NCBI GenBank assembly: GCA_963805625.1
Contig: CAWDVE010000010.1
Span: 160,001 to 224,000 of the forward strand
From: an uncultured Candidatus Rokubacteria bacterium
Lineage (GTDB): Bacteria; Methylomirabilota; Methylomirabilia; Rokubacteriales; DASRDR01
Direction: 5' to 3'
Length of the DNA: 64,000 nt
The notes below the pieces were generated by a model. It worked only from the letters and a program-made list of their open reading frames with translations, searched no databases and was not told the DNA's origin. Below, one piece after another: positions 41,026 to 48,616 of the stretch (within the stretch, counting starts at the first letter, position 1; every line of letters begins with the position of its first letter). The position numbers and the translations under genes were made by a program.

Positions 41026-42516
41026 ATGGTCGACATGGAGACCCTCGTCAGCCTGTGCAAGCGCCGTGGTTTCATCTTCCAGTCGAGCGAGATCTACGGC
41101 GGCCTCGGCTCGGCGTGGGACTACGGTCCGCTCGGGGTGGAGCTCAAGCGCAACGTCCGGAACCTGTGGTGGCGCGACACGGTCCACCTCCGCCGCGACG
41201 TGCTGGGGCTCGAGGCCGCGGTGCTCATGCATCCCCGGGTGTGGGAAGCGAGCGGCCACCTCGAGCGGTTCTCCGACCCGATGGTGGACTGCCGCGAGTG
41301 CAAGCGGCGGTTTCGCGCCGACCACGTGGACACGCAGCCGTGGCTCCACTACTGCCCGGCCAAGAAGGAAAACAAGTTCGAGATCCCCGCCGGCGAGGCG
41401 TGCAAGCACTGCGGGGGGCGCCGCACGCTGTGTCCGGTGTGCGGCAAGGGGGAGCTGACCGACCCCCGCCAGTTCAACATGATGCTGAAAACGTTCCTCG
41501 GGCCCGTCGAGGAGGACGCGGCGGTGACGTACCTCCGCCCGGAGACCGCCCAGGGCATGTTCGTCAACTTCGAGAACGTGCTCCAGGCGATGCGGAGGAA
41601 GCTGCCCTTCGGCATCGCCCAGATCGGCCGGAGCTTCCGGAACGAGATCACGCCGGGAAACTTCATCTTCCGGACGCGCGAGTTCGAGCAGATGGAGCTC
41701 GAGTTCTTCGTCAACCCGCTGGACGCGGTGGGCGGCCAGCCGGCCGACGAGTACTGGCACGAGCACTGGATCGACGCGCGGATGGCATGGTACCAGCGGT
41801 ACGGAATCCGCGCCGAGAACCTGCGCCTCCGGGAGCACGCCAAGGACGAGCTGGCGCACTACGCGAAGCGGACGGTGGACATCGAGTACCGCTTTGCCAT
41901 CGGATGGAGCGAGCTCGAGGGCATCGCGAATCGCACCGACTTCGATCTCAAGCGCCACGCCGAAGTGAGCGGCCGGACCCTGAGCTACTTCGACGACGAG
42001 AGGAAGCAGCACGTGGTCCCGTACGTGATCGAGCCCGCGGCGGGCGTCGATCGTACCGTTCTGGCGATCCTCACCGACGCCTATCACGTCGAGGACGTTC
42101 GCGGGGAGAAGCGGATCGTGCTGCGGTTTCACCCCGAGGTGGCGCCCGTGAAGATCGCGGTCCTGCCCCTCCTGAAGAAGCGAGAGGAGATCGTGGCGCG
42201 GTGCTGGGAGCTCCGCGACCGGCTGGCGGGACGGGGCTGGGTGACGGTCTACGATGACACGGCGGCGATCGGACGGCTGTACCGGCGCCAGGACGAGGTG
42301 GGGACGCCGTACTGCGTGACGGTGGACGTGCAGACGATCGGCGACTCCGACAAGGGCGAGGCCGGCGACGGCCGCGTCACGATCCGGGACCGGGACTCGA
42401 TGGGTCAGATCCGGGTCCCGATCGCGGGGCTCGAGACGGCCTTCGTCGATCTCATTGGCGGGACGCCGTGGGCCGCCGTGGCCGCGCGGTATCCCGCCCA
42501 GTCCGGTCCTGCCTAG
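41026..42516 (+). CDS. glyQS: Glycine--tRNA ligase, alpha2 type
   Basis: SSEIYGG, DYGPLG, LRPETAQG, FRNEITP, REFEQME, IEPAAG, IGRLYRRQDEVGTP. Confidence 0.95.
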   Translation: MVDMETLVSLCKRRGFIFQSSEIYGGLGSAWDYGPLGVELKRNVRNLWWRDTVHLRRDVLGLEAAVLMHPRVWEASGHLERFSDPMVDCRECKRRFRADHVDTQPWLHYCPAKKENKFEIPAGEACKHCGGRRTLCPVCGKGELTDPRQFNMMLKTFLGPVEEDAAVTYLRPETAQGMFVNFENVLQAMRRKLPFGIAQIGRSFRNEITPGNFIFRTREFEQMELEFFVNPLDAVGGQPADEYWHEHWIDARMAWYQRYGIRAENLRLREHAKDELAHYAKRTVDIEYRFAIGWSELEGIANRTDFDLKRHAEVSGRTLSYFDDERKQHVVPYVIEPAAGVDRTVLAILTDAYHVEDVRGEKRIVLRFHPEVAPVKIAVLPLLKKREEIVARCWELRDRLAGRGWVTVYDDTAAIGRLYRRQDEVGTPYCVTVDVQTIGDSDKGEAGDGRVTIRDRDSMGQIRVPIAGLETAFVDLIGGTPWAAVAARYPAQSGPA

Positions 42517-42584
42517 GCTGGACCAGCCGCAGGGCATCGCGCCTTCTGAGATGCCATTCTGAGAGAGAGCGCAGAGCGTAAGAC

Positions 42585-43526
42585 GTGAGCCATCCCTTCA
42601 GGCCGATCGACGGTTTCAAGTCGCCGCGCTTCTCGCAGATCGCGACCTTCATGCGGCTGCCGCACCATCGGGCGGCCGCCGATCTCGACGTGGCGCTCCT
42701 CGGCATCCCCTACGACGGCGGGACGTCGTACCGCGCCGGCGCGCGGTTCGGGCCGCGCGAGATCCGGAGCCAGTCGGCGATGATCCGCCCCTGGAACCCG
42801 GTCCTGAAGGTCTCGCCCTTCGAGGCGCTCAAGATCGCGGACTACGGCGACATCGACATCTCGCCGGTGTCGATCGAGCGCACGAACGAGATCGTCGAGC
42901 AGGAGATCGGCGGGATCCTCGCCGCCGGCTGCATTCCGGTGTCGGTCGGGGGGGACCATTCGATCGCGCTGCCGATCCTCCGCGCGCTCGCCCGCCGGCA
43001 CGGACCGGTGGCGCTGGTCCACTTCGACTCCCATCCCGACACCTGGGACCAGTACTTCGGCTCGCGATACTTCCACGGGACGATGTTCCGCCGGGCGGTG
43101 GAGGAGGGGCTCATCGACTCCCGCCGCACGTTTCAGATCGCGATCCGGGGGCCGCTCTACGGCGCCGACGACTTCGACTTCCAGGCCGAGCACGGGATGA
43201 CCGTGGTCCGCGTCGAGGCGATCAAGGCCCGGGGGGTCGACTGGGTCGTCGAGCAGTATGCGAAGCTCCGCGGGGCGAAGGTGTACGTGTCCTTCGACAT
43301 CGACGCGGTCGATCCGGCGTTCGCCCCCGGCACCGGAACGCCGGAGGTGGGGGGACTGACCTCGTACGAAGCGCTCGCGCTGGTCCGGGGGCTCCGCGGC
43401 CTCGACTTCGTGGGGTTCGACCTCGTCGAGGTGGCGCCCCAGTACGATGGCCCCGGCCAGATCACCGCCCTCCTCGCGGCGAACCTCCTCTTCGAGTTCA
43501 TCTCGCTCGTCGCGCTCAGCCGGTGA
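42585..43526 (+). CDS. speB: Agmatinase / guanidino-hydrolase
   Basis: GARFGP, GGDHS, DSHPD, HGT, SFDIDAVDP, PGTGTP. Confidence 0.88.
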   Translation: MSHPFRPIDGFKSPRFSQIATFMRLPHHRAAADLDVALLGIPYDGGTSYRAGARFGPREIRSQSAMIRPWNPVLKVSPFEALKIADYGDIDISPVSIERTNEIVEQEIGGILAAGCIPVSVGGDHSIALPILRALARRHGPVALVHFDSHPDTWDQYFGSRYFHGTMFRRAVEEGLIDSRRTFQIAIRGPLYGADDFDFQAEHGMTVVRVEAIKARGVDWVVEQYAKLRGAKVYVSFDIDAVDPAFAPGTGTPEVGGLTSYEALALVRGLRGLDFVGFDLVEVAPQYDGPGQITALLAANLLFEFISLVALSR

Positions 43527-43630
43527 GCCAAAGGCCGCCACAGGCCGAAGGCCGTCCCAAGAACGCCGTCCCATGAAGGCTGTCCGATCGACGCCGCCCG
43601 TAAGGTAACCGGGCGAGCGAGGAGAGACCC

Positions 43631-44050
43631 ATGCGAATCGACACCGGCAGCGAGTTCGGCGCCCGGGCCTCCCGCCGCCTGAAGGACGAGCTGATCTACT
43701 GGCTCGTGACGGTCGCGCCCGACGCCACGCCCCAGCCGAGCCCCGTCTGGGCACTCTGGGATGGCGAGACGTTCCTGATCTACAGCCGGCCGGACACGCC
43801 GAAGCTCCGCAACATCGCCAGCCGGCCCCGGGTCGCGCTCCATCTCGACGGCGACGGCCGAGGCGGCGACATCGTGAGCGTCACCGGGGATGCCCGCATC
43901 GCCCCCGACGCGCCGCCCGCCGACCGGGTTCCAGAGTACATCGCCAAGTACCGCGAGGGCCTGCGGCGGATCGGCATGACCGCGGAATCGTTCGCCCGCG
44001 CCTACTCCGTCGCCGTCCGGGTCACTCCGAGGAGCCTCCGAGGCCACTGA
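43631..44050 (+). CDS. PPOX-class (F420/FMN) split-barrel oxidoreductase
   Basis: WLVTV..D.TPQPSPVW, KLRNI..RPRV, YIAKY. Confidence 0.8.
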   Translation: MRIDTGSEFGARASRRLKDELIYWLVTVAPDATPQPSPVWALWDGETFLIYSRPDTPKLRNIASRPRVALHLDGDGRGGDIVSVTGDARIAPDAPPADRVPEYIAKYREGLRRIGMTAESFARAYSVAVRVTPRSLRGH

Positions 44051-44107
44051 GGCGAGAGCGGAGGCGGCCGCCCGGGCGGCCGATTGCCCTTCGCGCGCGG
44101 CGTGACT

Positions 44108-44136
44108 TTGACAATCCCCGTCGCGGCCGGTAGCCT
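44108..44136 (+). promoter_or_regulatory. sigma70 promoter at left edge of metal cluster
   Basis: TTGACA-17 bp-TAGCCT, 7 nt before ATG 44144. Confidence 0.8.
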
Positions 44137-44143
44137 CAGGGGC

Positions 44144-44497
44144 ATGGCGCCGTCGTCACCGGGCCACCAGTTGATGAGCCGGTTGGTCGTGCTGTTTGCC
44201 ATTGGGACGCTGCTCGGGCACGTGTGCGCGCCGGAGCCGGGTCATCATCACCTGGCCGACGCTTCGCCATTCATCGGCTCCACCGGCCCCGATTCCGGCG
44301 GACCCGTGGCGATCGCCGAGGCCTCTTGTGAGAGCCTGAAGTCGGCGTCCGCCTGGCCCGTCATGCGGGCCATCGACAGTCGGCCGCTCCCCGTCCCTGG
44401 CCTTGACGTACGTGGTTCGGCGAGGGCAGGCCGGGACGCGGATGTTCGGGTACCACGTCTCCCGCTCTTCGTGCTGCACGCCGCGCTTCTGATTTAG
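44144..44497 (+). CDS. Putative leader ORF A (hydrophobic N-terminus, His/Cys, hydrophobic C-terminus)
   Basis: GHVC..GHHH after hydrophobic segment; ends PRLPLFVLHAALLI. Confidence 0.6.
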   Translation: MAPSSPGHQLMSRLVVLFAIGTLLGHVCAPEPGHHHLADASPFIGSTGPDSGGPVAIAEASCESLKSASAWPVMRAIDSRPLPVPGLDVRGSARAGRDADVRVPRLPLFVLHAALLI

Positions 44498-44594
44498 CCT
44501 GGCCGTTCGCTCGCCTCTCCACGGTCACGGGGTCCGGACGCCCGTCCAGAGCCGGGTTCGTCACCGTCACGACCCACTAGAGTGAGCATGGTCA

Positions 44595-45101
44595 ATGTCC
44601 AGGAACGGCATGGTTGCGGGGGCTGTCGTCATCGTCCTCCTGGTGGCCTGGTTCGTCCGGTTCGGCGGGGCCCAGGTCCCGGGCCGGGACACAGGCCAAG
44701 GCGATCACCGGACACCAGCGGGCTGGCGTTTCACCTGGCCCGCGGGGGATCCGGTACGGGGACGGGGCGTCTTCGCGAAGTATGAGTGCTTCAGCTGCCA
44801 CGAGGTCCGTGGGGAGCCGTTTGCGGTCCCCCAGGACGCCGGGAATATCGGACCGGAGCTGGCGGCGATGGGACCCGCGCACGAGGCGGAGTACTTCGTC
44901 GAGGCGATCATCAATCCGAATGCCGTGGTCGAGCCGGGAAAGGGCTACGAGGCGGCGGACGGCTCCTCGAAGATGCCGTCGTTCAACGATACGCTGACCG
45001 TCCAGGAGTTGCTCGATCTGGTCGCGTATCTCAAGGTGCTGCGGCCCCCGCCTGCGCCACCCGGGGCGGCCGGTGGGCAGGGCGGCCATGCGACCCATTG
45101 A
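44595..45101 (+). CDS. Membrane-anchored monoheme cytochrome c
   Basis: CFSCH, GPEL, KMP axial Met. Confidence 0.88.
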   Translation: MSRNGMVAGAVVIVLLVAWFVRFGGAQVPGRDTGQGDHRTPAGWRFTWPAGDPVRGRGVFAKYECFSCHEVRGEPFAVPQDAGNIGPELAAMGPAHEAEYFVEAIINPNAVVEPGKGYEAADGSSKMPSFNDTLTVQELLDLVAYLKVLRPPPAPPGAAGGQGGHATH

Positions 45102-45316
45102 GCACCTGCCGCGGGGCTGCCACCCTGGATCGACCGATGGCGCCGCGACCTGGGGCATCGCTGCCTCAGTTGGTGAGCGCGTGACGCAACGGCCGAAGGC
45201 CCTGCCAGCTCCTCACGATGCTGGCCGCCATCCTTGGTGTCGTGTTCTCGCGGACTTGCGCCGAGGTCAGGGAGTTGGCGCGGGAGTTGCCCGCCTGTTA
45301 ATCGTGAGGGGCTGTG

Positions 45317-45562
45317 ATGCCTAGGGGTATGCTCGGCCGAGTCCTGGTGCTGGTCGCCGTGGCGTTGTTCGCGGGAGCTAGTCTCTGCGTCCTGGACGCC
45401 GACGACGGGACCGGGCTGGACCTCTGTGGCGTGGCGCTGCTGCCGGTCGCTGTCATCGTCCTCGGAGCGCCGCAGCCGCTCGTCGGTCGGCTGGTGCCGG
45501 TCCAGATCCCGATTCGTCTCGCCGTTCCCCTGGAGCGCCCCGTCCCTCCTCCCCGAGCCTAG
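45317..45562 (+). CDS. Putative leader ORF B (C-x12-C, C-terminal PPPR)
   Basis: 81 aa; homologous to ORF at 48227. Confidence 0.7.
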   Translation: MPRGMLGRVLVLVAVALFAGASLCVLDADDGTGLDLCGVALLPVAVIVLGAPQPLVGRLVPVQIPIRLAVPLERPVPPPRA

Positions 45563-45646
45563 CTCGTCCCAAACGCCCTGGTGTGGACCCCCGCCCCGAT
45601 ATGGGCGGGGGGGCCCTGAAACTCGAGCAGAGAGGGGAGTCTCTCC

Positions 45647-46042
45647 ATGCGTGCATGGCTTTGTGTCGGGCTGCTGGTCGCCGCCCTCGGCAGTGCCCGC
45701 GGCGTGAGCGCCCAGGACGCGCTGACCCGACGGGACGGGCAGGGCGCGGTGACGGTTGCCGTCACGCTCGCCGGGCCGCCGGAGGTCGGCGTGCCGATCC
45801 GCGTCACGATCGTCCTCGATACCCATACCGTGTCGCTGGATGACGTCGTGTTCGAACGCGCGGTGGCCCTTCGGATGCCCGAGGGCGCCGAGGTCGTGCC
45901 CACCAAGGTGGAGGGGTCGAGGGGCAGCGGCCACCACCGCGAAGCGGTCGTCGTGTTTCCCCCGGTCACCCAGCGAGGGCCGGTGCGCGTTGTCGTGAGG
46001 AACGTCGGTGGCATCGGCGAGCGCGTCTTCGTGTGGGAGTAG
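45647..46042 (+). CDS. Exported hypothetical protein with DTH and GHHR motifs
   Basis: Signal peptide, SD; His motifs suggest metal binding. Confidence 0.75.
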   Translation: MRAWLCVGLLVAALGSARGVSAQDALTRRDGQGAVTVAVTLAGPPEVGVPIRVTIVLDTHTVSLDDVVFERAVALRMPEGAEVVPTKVEGSRGSGHHREAVVVFPPVTQRGPVRVVVRNVGGIGERVFVWE

Positions 46043-46081
46043 CCGGCAGTGCAGTGAACTCCGACAGGAGAGAGGTCCGAG

Positions 46082-46234
46082 ATGGCCAAGGATCCCGTGT
46101 GTGGGATGACCGTGGACGAGAAGAAGGCGGCGGCGAAGGCGAGCTACCAGGGCCAGACGTACTACTTCTGCTCGGCCGGATGCAAGGTGACCTTCGAGAA
46201 GGCGCCAGCGCAGTACGCGACCGGCCAACGATAA
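46082..46234 (+). CDS. YHS domain protein (50 aa, absent from ORF track)
   Basis: MAKDPVCGMTV..YQGQTYYFCSAGCK..F; SD-like GAGG upstream. Confidence 0.92.
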   Translation: MAKDPVCGMTVDEKKAAAKASYQGQTYYFCSAGCKVTFEKAPAQYATGQR

Positions 46235-46302
46235 GTCACGCCTGTGCTCAGACGCGTCGCGCGCTCGTCACACTCTTCACCCTAGCCCGCGAGAGGTGAA
46301 CC

Positions 46303-46683
46303 ATGAAGACGATTCTGACGATTCTCCTGACCGTTGCGCTCGGAACATTCGCGATCGTGCATGCGCAGCAGGCGCCATCGCCCGGGGCGGGCCCAATGGG
46401 ACCCGGCATGATGGCCGGCATGCACCAGCAGATGATGGGCCTGATGCAGCAGATGGGCGGGATGATGCAGCAAATGGGCGAGATGATGGCCAGTGGTCAG
46501 ATGTCGCCCGAGCGGATGAAGCAGATGGGGGACGCGATGAAGCAGATGGGCAGTCTGATGGGCGGCATGGGCGCGCGGGGCGGGTCGATGGGCCCGATGG
46601 CCATGCCCGAGATGTCGAGGATGATGGAGCACATGGCCGAGATGCAGAAGCGCATGTCGGACATGATGGGCGCGCCGAAGTGA
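46303..46683 (+). CDS. Exported methionine-rich protein
   Basis: Signal peptide then MxxM/MM helical repeats; SD GAGGTG. Confidence 0.85.
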   Translation: MKTILTILLTVALGTFAIVHAQQAPSPGAGPMGPGMMAGMHQQMMGLMQQMGGMMQQMGEMMASGQMSPERMKQMGDAMKQMGSLMGGMGARGGSMGPMAMPEMSRMMEHMAEMQKRMSDMMGAPK

Positions 46684-46708
46684 CGCCCAGTCGTAGAGGA
46701 GGAAGACG

Positions 46709-46969
46709 ATGCACCCGCTCAGCTTGAAAGTCATGACGTGGTCGTGGGGGCTCTTCGGGGCGGTGACCTTCGTGGCGTGCGTGGGGTACGGCCTGGTGGT
46801 CCCACGCGCCTTCCACGCGGGCCAGCTCCTCGAGCAGATCCTCCCGGGTTTTCGATGGCTGACCCCGGGGAGCGTCCTGCTCGGAGTCGGGGAGACCTTT
46901 ATGTATGGGGCCTACGCGGGGTTCGTGTTCACCCTGATCCACAACACCGTGCTCCGCCGGAGCCAATGA
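46709..46969 (+). CDS. DUF5676-like small membrane protein, copy 1
   Basis: LPGFRWLT..GS.LLG..ETF.YG motif; SD GAGGAGG. Confidence 0.75.
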   Translation: MHPLSLKVMTWSWGLFGAVTFVACVGYGLVVPRAFHAGQLLEQILPGFRWLTPGSVLLGVGETFMYGAYAGFVFTLIHNTVLRRSQ

Positions 46970-47236
46970 CAGGTCGATGGTGAGGTTCTTGTCGCCACCG
47001 GGCTCGGAAGGCTGCTGGCGGGCATGATCGGCGCCTGGGCCAAGGTGGTCCTCGGCACGGACTCGGCGGCGCTGGACAGCGGGGCAGTCGAGCAAGCGGT
47101 CGCCATCCAGATGAGAGCCGAGGTATTGTGGATCGCGGTCGAGCAAGCTCGCGACACTGGCCATCATCACGAGGCTGTGCTGGTCTTCTCGTCCTCGCCG
47201 CAGTCGTGCAGCGTGCCAGAGCCACGCGAGCGGTGA
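46966..47236 (+). pseudogene. Chimeric relic: cytochrome c 5' end plus paralog fragment of 45647 ORF
   Basis: ATGACAGGTCGATGG-TGA matches the start of the 55402 gene; KVVLGTD..GHHHEAVLVF matches TIVLDTH..GHHREAVVVF. Confidence 0.65.
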
Positions 47237-47298
47237 CCCGCGCCATGCATGGGGCCGCGGCGATCCAGGATGATCATGGTGTCCTGGTCAGGGCTGTG

Positions 47299-48084
47299 AT
47301 GCTTGCGTGCCTGCTTGTGACCGGCTCCGTCATGGCACAGTCGGCCGCGCCGGTGCCGCACATCCCCGGCATGGCCATGCCCGCGGCCGAGCCAACGCCG
47401 CCACCCTTTTATCGTGAATGGACGTTTCACGTCCTCATCGGCCTCATCGCCGCGACGGCGGGGGTCCTCGCCCACCGCGCCTGGTCGCGACGGCGTTGGC
47501 GGCGTGCGCCGGCGGGCGTGGTGCAGGAGGCTGTACTCGTGGTGGACCTCGTGGCGTCGACGCAGCTCGCGACCCATCACGGCGGCAGCCTGGCGATGCG
47601 CGCCCGCAATGCGCTGGAGGAGCGCACTGTTCTGGCAGCGAGGCGGCAGGGAGTCGCCTTCGTCGAGAACACGGGGGACGGGTGCATGATGACATTCCCC
47701 TCGGTGGCTGCGGCCGTGCAAGCCGCCGTGGTGCTCCTGCGGGACCTACGAGACCGTCCGCCCGACCTGGCGCCCGGCCCCCCCCTCGACGTCCGCGTCG
47801 GCGTGGCCTACGGGGAGATCCTCCTCGACTCGCGCGGGGGGCGCCACGGCGCCGCGATCAACAAAGCCTTCCGGCTGATGGGCGTGCCGAGCGACACCTT
47901 CGTGACCGTCGAGGGGGAGGAGCGCCTTAAGGAGATCCCCGACCGGAATCGGATATTTTTGGACGAGGAAGCGGCCACCGAGTCGGCGTCGGGAAACGTC
48001 GCGCTCCGTCAGGTTGGCATCTGTCGACTCAAGGGATTCACCGGTTTCCACCGGGTGTACGAGATGCCCTGGAACGGGACATGA
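47299..48084 (+). CDS. Membrane-anchored class III nucleotide cyclase
   Basis: VVDLVAST, ENTGDG, RVGVAYGE, INKAFRL, LKGF; start may be 47245. Confidence 0.85.
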   Translation: MLACLLVTGSVMAQSAAPVPHIPGMAMPAAEPTPPPFYREWTFHVLIGLIAATAGVLAHRAWSRRRWRRAPAGVVQEAVLVVDLVASTQLATHHGGSLAMRARNALEERTVLAARRQGVAFVENTGDGCMMTFPSVAAAVQAAVVLLRDLRDRPPDLAPGPPLDVRVGVAYGEILLDSRGGRHGAAINKAFRLMGVPSDTFVTVEGEERLKEIPDRNRIFLDEEAATESASGNVALRQVGICRLKGFTGFHRVYEMPWNGT

Positions 48085-48226
48085 GGAGGCTGCGTGGACC
48101 ATCGGGCTGGGGCGAACGTGGGACACCTGGGTTGGACGCGTCCCGGATCGCGGAGCCGGTGTTCACGGACGCCTGGGGAAATGCGGTGTTACTGATGGCA
48201 GGGGGGTTGCAAGAATAGAGGATGCC

Positions 48227-48490
48227 ATGAGACACGTGGCGGACGGCGCGACCCTTGTGAAGACCGTGGCGTTCGTCGTGCTCGTGCTCGGGCTCCTGTG
48301 CCTCGTCCACGGGGTCGACCACGACGAGTTCGGCGGTAGTTTTTGCGCGGGGACGGTCCTGCTCTCCCTCGTCGTGGCGCTGGACGCGGACCCGCGGCTC
48401 AGTCGCCGCTTCCGGCCTGCGCCGGCATTCGCCCTGTACACCACCCTCCTAGAGCTTCCCGATCTCCCTCCCAGGATTCGTCCAGCCTAG
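48227..48490 (+). CDS. Putative leader ORF C (C-x14-C, C-terminal PPR)
   Basis: 87 aa; SD GAGGA; homologous to ORF B. Confidence 0.7.
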   Translation: MRHVADGATLVKTVAFVVLVLGLLCLVHGVDHDEFGGSFCAGTVLLSLVVALDADPRLSRRFRPAPAFALYTTLLELPDLPPRIRPA

Positions 48491-48616
48491 TTCCTCGCGG
48501 TAGCGGCTTCGAGACACGCGGCTGGCCGGAGGGCGGTTGGCCGCAGAGCGGCGAGGGTTGGGTACTCGGTCCCGAGGAGTGATGCGCTGCCCCGGGCCCG
48601 ATGCCGGAGGGCGTGG

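Noticed and set aside
45152-45180. GGGGCATCGCTGCCTCAGTTGGTGAGCGC resembles a tRNA 5' end or att site
   Set aside because: No anticodon arm, T-arm (GTTCRA) or acceptor-stem partner follows
46981-46983. TGA after MTGRW as a second selenocysteine codon
   Set aside because: Not at a Cys position in the intact paralog at 55402, and the downstream sequence is degenerate
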